From assembly GCA_963662285.2 (NCBI GenBank), contig CAXXMV010000003.1:352001-416000 (forward strand): a stretch of DNA of 64,000 nt, written 5' to 3'. A program made the position numbers and the translations under genes. This DNA comes from a bacterium (GTDB lineage Bacteria; Hinthialibacterota; Hinthialibacteria; Hinthialibacterales; Hinthialibacteraceae). Shown here piece by piece: positions 10,881 to 20,928 of the stretch (the stretch's first letter is position 1; each line of letters starts with the position of its first letter). A model generated the notes under the pieces. That model was not told the DNA's origin and made no database searches. It saw only the letters and a list, made by a program, of their open reading frames with translations.

Positions 10881-12584
10881 ATGAAAATTCGTACCTTGAT
10901 GCTGTTATTAATATTAAACGCTCTGGTTCTTCCTGCTTTTTCGCAAAACCATCTATACCGTGGACTGACCGGCCGCGAATGCCCGGATGGCTCCGCTTTC
11001 ATAAGTTGGCGGATGCTGGACACCGATGACCATGACGTAGCATTTTTGCTTACGCGAAGAACCCTGGGCGATCCCGGTTCTTTCGAAGACCTTAAATTGG
11101 TCAATAACGGAAACATTAACAACTTCGCCGATAAGGATGTCGAACAAGGCAAAGAATATGAATACTATCTGTTCGACAAAAAACGTCCCCGGCGGGCTAT
11201 CCAGAAAACCCGGCTTAAAATTACCGGTAAAGCACTACCTTATATATCCATACCGCTCCAAGGCAACTATGATTTCCAGAAAATCGCCATAGGCGATCTG
11301 GATGGTGATGGCGAATATGAATACGTCATCAAGCAACCCAATTTCAACACCGATCCATATCAACAGCCCGGCTATTGGAAAAAGAGCATCGATACCTACA
11401 AACTCGAAGCCTATGACGGTAATGGCCGTTTCATGTGGCGTTACGATATGGGATGGTCTATCGAAGCGGGCATCTGGTATTCACCCTGGATCGTTTATGA
11501 CGTCGATGGAGACGGCAAAGCGGAAGTCTATTGCAAAGCGGGTGAAGGCGATCCGCGTGATGAGAAAGGTCTGGTTCAATCCGGCCCCGAATGGCTGGTC
11601 AAACTGGATGGACAAACCGGCAAAGTAGTCGCCAAGACCGATTGGTTAAGCCGCGATGGATTTAGTTCATACAACTACTATTGTCGTAATTTCCTGACCG
11701 TGGCCTATCTGGATGGAGTCAATCCATCCCTGGTCATGCAGCGCGGAACTTACCGATTGATCAAAATGCAGGCGCTGGATAAGAACTTCAATCAAATATG
11801 GTATTGGGACGCCAAAGAAGATGGGCCATATAAGAAATACCGCGGTCAGAGTTCGCACGGTTTGATTTCGGCTGACGTCGACCAGGATGGCAAAGACGAA
11901 CTGGTCATGGGCGCCGCTGTGATTGATAACGATGGAACAGGATTATGGACCCTGGCTATGGGGCATCCCGATGAATGTTATTGCGCCGATATTGATCCAG
12001 ATAATCCCGGCCTGGAAATATTCTATGGTTTTGAAACCCGCCAAAAAACTGATGGATTCTGCGTGGTAGATGCTCAAACAGGAAAAAAACTGTGGACTCA
12101 TAAAGAACCGACCAAACACCTTCACGGTCAGGGCATGTGCGGCGACGTTCTGGCTGACTTTCCCGGAATGGAAGTCTACGGCGGCGAACGCGACACTGAA
12201 GACCGCTGGTTGTACAGCGCTAAAGGCGATTTGATCAAACTATATCAGGGCGGAACCTTATCCCCGCGTCCGGTATGGTGGGACGCTGATCCAACCAAAG
12301 AAGTAGTAATGAACGGGGCTATTAGCGACTGGGGTGGAGAGGCCATGCAAAAGTTAGAGGGACGTATGATAGCAGTGGTTGATTGCATCGGCGATCACCG
12401 CGAAGAGGTTATCACTACCGTAAAAGGGAAGGGCGACGAAAAAGGCGAATTGCGCATCTACACTACTTCTATACCAACGCAAACAATGCGCCCCTGTCTG
12501 ATGCAGGACCGTCAATACCGGCTGGGCGTATGCGCTCAGACTATGGGGTATTACTATCCTGCGCAGCTGGGATTGGAGAAATGA
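10881..12584 (+). CDS. Rhamnogalacturonan lyase (PL11, YesW/YesX-like) beta-propeller
   Basis: Signal peptide; FISWRML N-domain, GDLDGDGEYE and YDVDGDGKAE Ca-binding repeats, RGTY, ADVDQDGKDE, LMQDRQYRLGV..Q..GY C-terminus. Confidence 0.8.
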   Translation: MKIRTLMLLLILNALVLPAFSQNHLYRGLTGRECPDGSAFISWRMLDTDDHDVAFLLTRRTLGDPGSFEDLKLVNNGNINNFADKDVEQGKEYEYYLFDKKRPRRAIQKTRLKITGKALPYISIPLQGNYDFQKIAIGDLDGDGEYEYVIKQPNFNTDPYQQPGYWKKSIDTYKLEAYDGNGRFMWRYDMGWSIEAGIWYSPWIVYDVDGDGKAEVYCKAGEGDPRDEKGLVQSGPEWLVKLDGQTGKVVAKTDWLSRDGFSSYNYYCRNFLTVAYLDGVNPSLVMQRGTYRLIKMQALDKNFNQIWYWDAKEDGPYKKYRGQSSHGLISADVDQDGKDELVMGAAVIDNDGTGLWTLAMGHPDECYCADIDPDNPGLEIFYGFETRQKTDGFCVVDAQTGKKLWTHKEPTKHLHGQGMCGDVLADFPGMEVYGGERDTEDRWLYSAKGDLIKLYQGGTLSPRPVWWDADPTKEVVMNGAISDWGGEAMQKLEGRMIAVVDCIGDHREEVITTVKGKGDEKGELRIYTTSIPTQTMRPCLMQDRQYRLGVCAQTMGYYYPAQLGLEK

Positions 12585-12588
12585 AATC

Positions 12589-12627
12589 GTCGGGTGGGCT
12601 AAAAGCCGCAAAGCGGCGTAGCCCATC
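12589..12627. repeat. REP-like palindrome between convergent genes
   Basis: GGTGGGCTA-AAA-GCCGC-AAA-GCGGC-G-TAGCCCATC nested hairpin. Confidence 0.6.
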
Positions 12628-12657
12628 AAAACCACCTGCGTTTTGTTAGTCGTAGTA

Positions 12658-12942
12658 TTAATTGGCGATCACGATGTCTTCGATAATTTCCTGACCGTGA
12701 TCCCGCTGAGCGATGGCAAGGTCATAATGCATCTGGAGGTTCATCCAAAACTCCGGGGAGTTGTCAAAATAACGCCCGAGACGAAGCGCTGTATCGGGAC
12801 TGACGGAGCGTTTTCCGTGAATGATCTGACTGATCCTTCCGGGAGGGACGCCGAGCATTTGGGCGAAGCGATTGATCGAGAGTTCTCTCGCTTCCAATTC
12901 GTCTTTCAAGATTTCACCTGGATGAGAGGGTATACGTTTCAT
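12658..12942 (-). CDS. higA: HigA-family antitoxin (HTH XRE)
   Basis: HPGEILKDEL, RISQIIHGKRSVSPDTALRLGRYF, PEFWMNLQMHYDL signature. Confidence 0.93.
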   Translation of the reverse strand: MKRIPSHPGEILKDELEARELSINRFAQMLGVPPGRISQIIHGKRSVSPDTALRLGRYFDNSPEFWMNLQMHYDLAIAQRDHGQEIIEDIVIAN

Positions 12943-12947
12943 GGATT

Positions 12948-13235
12948 TTAACCTTCGTGATAATCAACTAATTCAACATTATATGCGTCACCGTCATGAA
13001 AGTCGAAACAGATGCGCCAAGGTCCGTTCACGGAAATCGCCCATTGTCCTTTTCGCTCACCTTTCAGTGAGTGAAGATTGACGCTTTTGAGAGGCGGGAT
13101 GTCCGACAGCCTACTAGCGGCATGGAGAATATCAAACCGCTTGATAGCCAATTGGACATTCACCGTACGGAATTGACGGACTTCATCTCCCTCATAGAAC
13201 TTTCGTGTTATCGTGTTTTTGAACGATTTGATCAT
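12948..13235 (-). CDS. higB: HigB-family (RelE/ParE) toxin
   Basis: MIKSFK...LHSLKGERKGQWAISVNGPWRICFDF..GDAYNVELVDYH; toxin-first order upstream of higA. Confidence 0.92.
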   Translation of the reverse strand: MIKSFKNTITRKFYEGDEVRQFRTVNVQLAIKRFDILHAASRLSDIPPLKSVNLHSLKGERKGQWAISVNGPWRICFDFHDGDAYNVELVDYHEG

Positions 13236-13240
13236 AGAAT

Positions 13241-13269
13241 AGAGTAGAACGTATTACGTTACACGTCAA
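13241..13269 (-). promoter_or_regulatory. Sigma70-type promoter of higBA with a palindromic operator in the spacer
   Basis: Minus strand TTGACG-17 bp-TACTCT; AACGTA-T-TACGTT palindrome at 13248-13260; only 5 nt between the -10 box and the ATG. Confidence 0.65.
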
Positions 13270-13308
13270 GAAAATAATTCTAATCAATTAGATATTTAGG
13301 ATGGAGAT

Positions 13309-16110
13309 ATGATGAAATTTTTTATTAACCTAATGAATAGTTTATTACTCACTTTATGCTTCCTGTTTATTTCGACCTTCTCGCTTATGAGCAGCCAGGC
13401 GGCTTCAATCCAAGTCGACTCTATTTGGTGCAACGACAAAATCAATCCTATGGGAGTATCCATAAATGATGTTGATTTCAGTTGGAAATTGACCTCTGAA
13501 GAGAGAAATCAGCATCAAACAGCCCTGCGTATAGTGGTATCTTCTTCGAGGACTTTGCTCGAATCCGGCGCTTATGATGTCTGGGATTCTGGGAAGATCG
13601 AAACTCAACAAAACCTCAATACGCCTTATGTTGGAACTGCATTAGGCTCAGGAAAAACCTACTATTGGCAGGTGAAGGTTTGGGACAAGGATCAAACTGA
13701 ATCTGAATGGAGTCAGGTTGGTAAGTTTGTAACTGGTTTAGATCAATCTGAAGATTGGGCGCCAGCTACGTGGATTGGTTATGAAAAGATGTCTGATGCG
13801 GAAATTGTGGTTCCCGGTATTCATGGAAATGGCGATAATCTTGGCGACCGCGCTTTGAAACGGCCAGTCGCTCCATTGTTTCGCAAAGAGTTTCAGGTAA
13901 AGAAAAAAGTGGTCAGCGCATTGCTCTTCATCAGCGGCTTGGGGCATTATGAAGCCAGCATCAATGGTGAAAAAGTGGGTGACGCTTTCTTATCTCCAGG
14001 TTGGACTAAGTATGATAAAACCTGCCTCTATAACACCTATGATGTCACGGAAAACCTGAAGTCCGGGGATAATGCGCTGGGAATCATTGTCGGCAATGGC
14101 TTCTATAATATCAATAGGGAAAGATACCGTAAATTAGTCATCGCCTATGGAATGCCGAAAACCATCTGTAAATTGAGCATAAAATACGATGATGGTTCGG
14201 TTCAAACTGTTGCAACAGAGGACAGTTGGAAAACCTCTCCATCACCGATCACATACAACAGCATATTCGGCGGCGAGGATTATGACGCCCGCATGGAACA
14301 ATCCGGCTGGGATCAAACGGGATTTGATGATTCTAAATGGAAAACAGCCATTAGCGCCAAGGTTCCCCAAGGGAAATTAGTCGCAGAAATTGATTATCCT
14401 CTTAATGTCATGCAGACGATTAAGGTTAAGGAAATCACTAAATTGTCGTCTGATTCATATCTATATGATTACGGTCAAAACGCTTCCGGCATAATTGAAT
14501 TGAAGGTTAAAGGTAAAAAAGGCCATAAGATTATTCTTCAGCCTGGTGAATTGATTGACGACAAACATCACGCCAATCAAAATGCATCTGGTAAACCATA
14601 TATATACAGTTATATATTAAAAGGCGATGGAGAAGAGGTATGGAGGCCGCGATTCACGTACTATGGTTTCCGCTATGTACAAGTTGATGGCGCCACACCC
14701 CATGAAAACCAGGCGTTGCCTCAGATATTGAGCCTTAAATTGCTTCATACCCGTAATGCAGCCCCCTTAAACGGTCAATTCAGTTGCTCAAGTCCTTTGT
14801 TTAACCGGATTTATACATTGATCCAATGGGCTATCAAAAGCAATCTCCAAAGCGTTGTGACAGATTGCCCCCACCGGGAAAAATTGGGTTGGATGGAACA
14901 AACCCACTTGATGGGCGGAGGAATTCACTACAATTTCTCTATCAATCATTTATATCAACAGCTGGTCATGGATATGATTGATTCACAGGAATCCAATGGC
15001 CTGGTTCCTGATATCGCGCCTGAGTATGTTGAATTTGATGGAGGTTTCAGGGATTCTCCTGAATGGGGCAGCGCGGCGGTAATACTGCCTTGGTATATCT
15101 ATAAGTGGTATGGAAATCAGGGAGTTATTGAAAATGCCTGGCCTATGATGAAAAAATACGTGGATTATCTGAGAAGCAAAGCTGAGGATAATATCCTGTC
15201 CCATGGACTGGGGGACTGGTATGATTTGGGTCCGAAATTCCCCGGCGAAGCGCAACTGACCCCGAAAGCGCTGACAGCAACCGCTACATATTATTATGAT
15301 GCCGCCCTTCTAAGTAAGATGTCGCGTCTCATAGGTAAAGTGGATGATTCAGAGAAATATTTCGATTTGTCTGAAAAAATCAAAAACTCGTTCAATCAAA
15401 AATTCTTTGATGAAAATACCAATATCTATTCAACTGGCAGCCAAACAGCTATGGCCATGCCGTTATGCGTCGGTTTGGTTGATGAGAAAAACCGTCAGAA
15501 AGTATTCAATAATCTAGTATTATCAATCGAAAACTCAGATAAAGCCTTAACTGCCGGAGATGTTGGCTTCCATTATCTGATTAAAGCCCTGGAAGAAGGC
15601 GGGGCGGCGCAGTTAATTTTTGAAATGAATAACCGTGATGATATTCCAGGCTATGGTTATCAATTAAAAAAAGGCGCTACGGCCTTAACAGAATCATGGG
15701 CCGCCCTAAGGGAAGTGTCGAATAACCACTTGATGTTGGGTCACATTATGGAATGGTTCTATAGTGGATTAGCGGGTATCGGTCAAACCGAAGATTCGGT
15801 GGCTTATAAGACGATAGAAATCAAACCACAGTTCGTAGAGGGTATTAATTGGGCTAAAGCCAGCTATGATTGTCCCAGTGGAACTATCAAATCAGGCTGG
15901 AGAACAACAAAAGATAGTATATTCCTAAGTGTAACAATTCCAGTTAATTCTGGCGCTCTAGTACATCTCCCGGCGCAAGATATATCCAGTATAATGGAAT
16001 CGGGAAAGAGATTAAAAGATATAAAGGATATTATTATAGAATCCTCTCCAGGAGACGAGATCATTCTGCGCTTAGGATGTGGGTCTTATGATTTCGAAAT
16101 TATCCGATAA
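13309..16110 (+). CDS. Alpha-L-rhamnosidase, GH78
   Basis: Signal peptide, VWDSGK, LFRKEF, YDYGQNASG, PRFTYYGFRYV, TDCPHREKLGW, GATALTESW, SNNHLMLG. Confidence 0.93.
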   Translation: MMKFFINLMNSLLLTLCFLFISTFSLMSSQAASIQVDSIWCNDKINPMGVSINDVDFSWKLTSEERNQHQTALRIVVSSSRTLLESGAYDVWDSGKIETQQNLNTPYVGTALGSGKTYYWQVKVWDKDQTESEWSQVGKFVTGLDQSEDWAPATWIGYEKMSDAEIVVPGIHGNGDNLGDRALKRPVAPLFRKEFQVKKKVVSALLFISGLGHYEASINGEKVGDAFLSPGWTKYDKTCLYNTYDVTENLKSGDNALGIIVGNGFYNINRERYRKLVIAYGMPKTICKLSIKYDDGSVQTVATEDSWKTSPSPITYNSIFGGEDYDARMEQSGWDQTGFDDSKWKTAISAKVPQGKLVAEIDYPLNVMQTIKVKEITKLSSDSYLYDYGQNASGIIELKVKGKKGHKIILQPGELIDDKHHANQNASGKPYIYSYILKGDGEEVWRPRFTYYGFRYVQVDGATPHENQALPQILSLKLLHTRNAAPLNGQFSCSSPLFNRIYTLIQWAIKSNLQSVVTDCPHREKLGWMEQTHLMGGGIHYNFSINHLYQQLVMDMIDSQESNGLVPDIAPEYVEFDGGFRDSPEWGSAAVILPWYIYKWYGNQGVIENAWPMMKKYVDYLRSKAEDNILSHGLGDWYDLGPKFPGEAQLTPKALTATATYYYDAALLSKMSRLIGKVDDSEKYFDLSEKIKNSFNQKFFDENTNIYSTGSQTAMAMPLCVGLVDEKNRQKVFNNLVLSIENSDKALTAGDVGFHYLIKALEEGGAAQLIFEMNNRDDIPGYGYQLKKGATALTESWAALREVSNNHLMLGHIMEWFYSGLAGIGQTEDSVAYKTIEIKPQFVEGINWAKASYDCPSGTIKSGWRTTKDSIFLSVTIPVNSGALVHLPAQDISSIMESGKRLKDIKDIIIESSPGDEIILRLGCGSYDFEIIR

Positions 16111-16331
16111 AACATATAACTATGAGCATATTATCTATGGAAGAGATAGTATTTATTTGATATGAATGATTGCAATGATCTTATTTGAAGCAAACGGCTG
16201 GAATTCCTGTGTAATTGATTATTGCATGAATTCATCCCAAATTTATTTCTTAGGAATTTAGGAGACTTGAGAAGTTGTATTTTGTGAAAAATGGGTAATA
16301 TGAAAAAAAGTGAAAAAAAATCATTTTTCTA

Positions 16332-16360
16332 TTACAAATACTTGAAAGATAGTATATACT
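16332..16360 (+). promoter_or_regulatory. Putative csp promoter giving a ~120-nt 5' UTR
   Basis: TTACAA-17 bp-TATACT; long leaders are typical of csp mRNAs. Confidence 0.45.
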
Positions 16361-16485
16361 GTCTTTGTCTACCAGCTTTTTCTGCATTACCGGATCATAC
16401 AAAATTTCTTTGGTTTCACCATTGTTGTTTTGGCATCCTTTAGTAGAACAGGGAAAGCGGAGCGTTATCACAAAGGAGGCCGAAA

Positions 16486-16689
16486 ATGGCAACTGGAAAA
16501 GTAAAATGGTTTAACGAGCAAAAAGGTTTTGGTTTTATTGAGCAATCAGACGGACAAGAATTGTTTGTACATCACACAGGCATTGCTGGAGATGGATTCA
16601 AAAACTTGTACGAAAATCAAGAAGTTGAGTTTGACACAGAACAAGGCGACAAGGGTCTAAAGGCTATTAACGTTAGAGTCATGTCCTAA
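16486..16689 (+). CDS. cspA: Cold-shock protein
   Basis: GKVKWFNEQKGFGFI (RNP1) and LFVHH (RNP2); AGGAGG RBS. Confidence 0.95.
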   Translation: MATGKVKWFNEQKGFGFIEQSDGQELFVHHTGIAGDGFKNLYENQEVEFDTEQGDKGLKAINVRVMS

Positions 16690-16738
16690 TTACTCAACAT
16701 CTTATTAGATTTTTCTAATAAACTCAATTCTGTATTTG

Positions 16739-16776
16739 AAACCGCTATGCGTCACATAATTCATAGCGGTTTTTTT
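16739..16776 (+). terminator. Rho-independent terminator of csp
   Basis: AAACCGCTATG ... CATAGCGGTTT stem ending in a T-run. Confidence 0.8.
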
Positions 16777-16909
16777 AATGTATAAAATTATAAAAATCTC
16801 ATTCTGTGAACTCGTGTTTGCGGAGCATCTCGCATTTATGTGGTTCGTCTATTGCGGAATAGTTCTCCATTATGAGCTGGAAAAGGCGTTGAAAGGGTAG
16901 GGGAGGCGT

Positions 16910-17170
16910 TTAGTATACTTGGGTGTGAGTTCCGACACGATAAAACATGACCGTTTGATAATTATTCCCTTCTTCGAAAACCAATCGTAAATCTCCCCCA
17001 GCAGAGATTGCGCGTTTCCCCGTTTCTTTTCCATGTAGAGCATGATTTCTGAGTTGTGAATCAAACGGATTCTGTATAAAGATGGTTATGGTTTCATCAA
17101 CTTTCATTTGTTGTTTTGGGGTGAGTTTTACAAAGGCTTTATCAAAATTTTTGTGATAAATTATCTCCAT
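16910..17170 (-). CDS. RelE/YafQ-like mRNA interferase toxin
   Basis: IIYHKNFDKAF...NPFDSQLRNHALHG...RAISAGGDLRLVF...VGTHTQVY. Confidence 0.85.
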   Translation of the reverse strand: MEIIYHKNFDKAFVKLTPKQQMKVDETITIFIQNPFDSQLRNHALHGKETGKRAISAGGDLRLVFEEGNNYQTVMFYRVGTHTQVY

Positions 17171-17428
17171 CTAGGGTTTTCTCATTAATCTGCGTAAATG
17201 CTCGTTGGCTTCTTCCCCCACAAAAGGCCCGCTAACATTGATGCCTTGCTTGGCCTCTCGTGCGTCTTGTTCGATCTTAGCCATGTCTTCATCTGAATAG
17301 TTCGTGATTTTAAACGATTCGTTTTTTACGGCATTTACAAAATCGGCAACTATCCGCATTTTTTCCGGAGACAATGTTTTGATAGTAAGAGTGAGTTCTT
17401 CGACTGTATTCACTTTTGTTCTCTCCAT
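17171..17428 (-). CDS. Putative antitoxin
   Basis: Small protein whose stop abuts the toxin start; C-terminal EAKQG..SGPF..EEANEHLR resembles RelE-partner antitoxin tails. Confidence 0.65.
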   Translation of the reverse strand: MERTKVNTVEELTLTIKTLSPEKMRIVADFVNAVKNESFKITNYSDEDMAKIEQDAREAKQGINVSGPFVGEEANEHLRRLMRKP

Positions 17429-17583
17429 TTTTTATTAGAAGTTCTATAACCTATTATATTACGTAAAAACCCGATTTTGTCAAAAGAAATATGTTTTTTG
17501 AAAGGATAAGGCGGGGCATAACTTCTAACCACAGGATAAAAGAGATATTGGGCATGTTCTGGTTTATAATTGTCGGTTTATGA

Positions 17584-17613
17584 GACTGGGGGAGCGCGGC
17601 GGCTCCCCCAGTC
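17584..17613 (-). terminator. Strong GC hairpin downstream of the GH gene
   Basis: Perfect 12-bp stem GACTGGGGGAGC / GCTCCCCCAGTC with 6-nt loop; arms resemble the CTGGGGAGC REP family. Confidence 0.55.
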
Positions 17614-17681
17614 AAACAGAGTGACAAGATTGATAATTCGTTATCTTATGCTAATAAGTTAGTCAGAGTACTAGAACTTAT

Positions 17682-20600
17682 CTAATAAACCTTGAACGGT
17701 TTGTATAAACCGTAATCCATTACGTCATACTTTTCGCCGGATGGCTGCCCTTCTTTGGGTCCGTTTCGGAACATGCCAGGCCATGCAGCGCCCCGGCCTG
17801 ATCCATTGTGATATGGTCCTAACAGATTCTTGAGGCTGCCGAATACTGTAACAGTAATGGTATTTTCACCGGACTTCATCTGGTCGCTGATATCCAGCTG
17901 CCAGGGCTGCCAGCCGATATAACCGGCGGTTTCGCCATTGACATCAACCCGCGCCGCTGTTCCTTCCCATTCATCCAGAGCAACATAGTGAGCCTTGGAT
18001 TGACCATCACATTGGAATTTCTGGGTATATGATACTTGGTGAGCGTAATGAGGTTTGCCTTGTTTCGCCCAGGAACCCAGTTCTAATTGCGACGGCTTCT
18101 CAATGCTCCATCCCTTAACTGCGCTTTTCAGATTGAAATCTCCCACCAGATAGACTGACTCAGGTTCATGATGAAGAGTAAAGGGACTGGCAATGGTTGT
18201 AATAACATTGCGTCCTTTTTTCAGTTGATCTGATTTTAAGATGTAAACATTAAAAAAGTGATCCAGCCACCATTGATCTTTTTCAGGCTCTATAATGGCG
18301 CCATTAATCTTCACCTGATAACGGTCGCCGCGTTCGACAACCAGTTTCAAATCAGAACTGGAAGAGAAATCACCAATTACGAAGGGGTAGCGTAACTCAA
18401 AGCCGCTATCCTTGGGGAACTTATCTTTTTTGATAAGTTCATCCTTGAACTGAACTGCGCTGTCCCAGGGATTTCCGTTGAATCCATGCGCCTTATAGAT
18501 TTTGTTTTGCGCTTGGTAGAAATACAGCCCTTCGGTGGTTTCGCCATTCAAAACCAGGTCGACGTAATCCAATGGCAATGCATTCTCCTGCTGCATTGCT
18601 ATGCTTAGATCACCAACAGCTTTGAGCGGTTTTGTGCTGTATTCTATTTTAGCGATAGCATCAGTATGCCCTTTTTTCTTGGGATAGATAACGTACATCG
18701 CGCTGCCCGCCGGATAGAGTTTTGCACTCCAGTTGATAGATGCTTTGGCATCCTTTTTACCCTGAGTGAAATCAACCGTATGGATAGTTCCATCTACCAG
18801 ATTCCATTCTTCAACCAATCTACCTTGTGCGTTCATCTCTACATCAGCGTTATGAGTTATGCTGGTGTTTGTTACGAACAAAATGTTGGCGTCATCCAGT
18901 TCACGCAGATAGTGAAATACGCGTTCGCCGGACGGTGATTTGGAATTTACAGTAACCTTGGGATTGCCCCAGTCTTCTTTTAGTTGCTGGTTTGATATTT
19001 TTTCAATCCATCTCTTACCAGCTATTTTCTTGATCTCTTGAGCGGCGTCATCTTCTTGTCCATCAACGTAAGGAGGCGTTCCAACATAACTGATGATGGT
19101 TCCGCCGTTTTTAGCGAACTTATTAAGTAATTTAATGGTGGCGCTTTCCAGATTATCCAATCCGGGAGGAAGCACGACAACCTGATACTTGCATTCTCCA
19201 ATAACAAGGTTTTTGCCTTTGACTTTGGCGTGATCGGCCATTACCGGTTCACTGCCCAGGTCATAGGAAACATGATCTGAAGCAAGGTCTGTTGAATATT
19301 TCTGGAATTCGACTCCTAGTTTATTTAATGCATCTCCTTGAGTCGCGCTCCAGTTATACGGCCATCCTGATGTGGTTGGTTCGATAACCAGAATGGGATT
19401 GCGTTCTTTACCAGCTGACAAAGCCCAGGATAGGCGGCCAAAATAATCCATTGAAATATGGTAAGCTTCCCAATATGGGGCGTGGTATGAAAATGACTGT
19501 GGATGGTCGCGTTTACGGGCGCCGCGTATGGTGTAGTAGCTGAGATGTGGATTCATCAGATTGATGCCGCCGACATAGAGAAAATCGCCGATGCGCTTCA
19601 TATCTTCAATTGTCAGTTCCCAACCGCCAGCGCCATAGGTCTCGCATAATTTTCTGACGCGACCGAACTGGTTGGCGATGCTGGAAATTTCTTTGCTAGC
19701 CCGATAGTTGCCGAATTGGGCTCCGGGGCCTTCGCTGTATTGATTCATCAGACAATCGATGCCGGGCCAGTGCTGCCATGAGTTGTAACTCATTACGTCT
19801 GGATTATGAGAAGCGTTGGGCCATCCATGTTCCCAGATATGTCCTGTGGTTGGTAGGCCGCGTTTTTCGCAGGCTTCATAATAGGGTTTGGCGAAGTTAT
19901 TCATGAACAAATCTAGGATAGTAACCGCATAGTCATGGCGGATTTTCCGCCAGTCGCCTAAATCGGCGTGAATCGAGGGCAGGTGATCCAGAATATCGTA
20001 TCCCCAGCGTTTTTCAAATGCTTTGGCCAATACGGGAGACCAACAACCAGCCACTTGGGGTTCATCGGTGAAACAGGCTAAAACCTGGTTTCCATATAAA
20101 TCAGAAAGGGCTGAATCATAAGCGCCTAAGGTAACCTTGATAAACTCATCGGCCACTTTAGGATTCATCAAATCAACGTAAGTCCGGTTGCCGTACCAGG
20201 GCGCGTTTTGTGAAAAACGAATGTCGTATTGAATATAAGAGCCGGATTTAAGCCCTAAATCTTTAGCGGATTTTTCGCCTTGAGTTATTTCCGGCAACGC
20301 AACCCGCTCATATTCGCCGTTCTGCTCATCGACAATCCGGTACAAGCCTTCGGTATTAGCGCTTACACTGATTTGATCCATCTGGTCGGCGGAATATTGT
20401 TTACGGTTTAATGACGCCTGTTGTACATTGGGTAAATTTTCCGGTACATGGCCGCCAGCAAAGCCTGAGGGGTAACTGTTCTCATCATAAATATAGGTTA
20501 CCATACCTCTTTTTTTAGACTCATCCGCCGTAAAGCGCCACATTTCAAGCCAACGCTCAGATAGATAAGGCGTAATCAAACCGGGGCGGGGATGTACGAA

Positions 20601-20843
20601 CACGCCGCCATAACCTTGCGCCTTGAATTCATCTAACTGCGAGGCGAGTTCTTCTTCCTGCATGTCATCATTCCAGACGTACAAAGGCGCTGGACGATAG
20701 GCCGCTGGAGGATCCATGAAATGCTCGCCAACATCGTTGATCTTGCTGATGCGCAATTCTGCAGGATTCTCTGCGCTGAATCCAATACCCGAAACGAAGA
20801 AAAGCATAATGAACAATAAACAACTTCTCCTACCAAATTTCAT
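17682..20843 (-). CDS. Large secreted glycoside hydrolase (GH106-like)
   Basis: ORF track to 20906; ATG 20843 has a GAGG RBS and signal peptide. YRPAPLYVWND, GGVFVHPRPGL, IYDENSYPSGFAGG, FTDEP, PGIDCL, CETYGAGGW, RGARKRDHP. Confidence 0.8.
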   Translation of the reverse strand: MKFGRRSCLLFIMLFFVSGIGFSAENPAELRISKINDVGEHFMDPPAAYRPAPLYVWNDDMQEEELASQLDEFKAQGYGGVFVHPRPGLITPYLSERWLEMWRFTADESKKRGMVTYIYDENSYPSGFAGGHVPENLPNVQQASLNRKQYSADQMDQISVSANTEGLYRIVDEQNGEYERVALPEITQGEKSAKDLGLKSGSYIQYDIRFSQNAPWYGNRTYVDLMNPKVADEFIKVTLGAYDSALSDLYGNQVLACFTDEPQVAGCWSPVLAKAFEKRWGYDILDHLPSIHADLGDWRKIRHDYAVTILDLFMNNFAKPYYEACEKRGLPTTGHIWEHGWPNASHNPDVMSYNSWQHWPGIDCLMNQYSEGPGAQFGNYRASKEISSIANQFGRVRKLCETYGAGGWELTIEDMKRIGDFLYVGGINLMNPHLSYYTIRGARKRDHPQSFSYHAPYWEAYHISMDYFGRLSWALSAGKERNPILVIEPTTSGWPYNWSATQGDALNKLGVEFQKYSTDLASDHVSYDLGSEPVMADHAKVKGKNLVIGECKYQVVVLPPGLDNLESATIKLLNKFAKNGGTIISYVGTPPYVDGQEDDAAQEIKKIAGKRWIEKISNQQLKEDWGNPKVTVNSKSPSGERVFHYLRELDDANILFVTNTSITHNADVEMNAQGRLVEEWNLVDGTIHTVDFTQGKKDAKASINWSAKLYPAGSAMYVIYPKKKGHTDAIAKIEYSTKPLKAVGDLSIAMQQENALPLDYVDLVLNGETTEGLYFYQAQNKIYKAHGFNGNPWDSAVQFKDELIKKDKFPKDSGFELRYPFVIGDFSSSSDLKLVVERGDRYQVKINGAIIEPEKDQWWLDHFFNVYILKSDQLKKGRNVITTIASPFTLHHEPESVYLVGDFNLKSAVKGWSIEKPSQLELGSWAKQGKPHYAHQVSYTQKFQCDGQSKAHYVALDEWEGTAARVDVNGETAGYIGWQPWQLDISDQMKSGENTITVTVFGSLKNLLGPYHNGSGRGAAWPGMFRNGPKEGQPSGEKYDVMDYGLYKPFKVY

Positions 20844-20928
20844 AATATTTACCTCATCTATATTTGTAACAGTTAAGCCGTACAAAGCCACGATATGGCG
20901 CTTCAATTGGCAATACTATTACTTTTAT

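Noticed and set aside
16795-16900. Short plus-strand frame ending LHYELEKALKG* between csp and the toxin
   Set aside because: No start/RBS or recognisable family; may be a gene remnant but cannot be supported.
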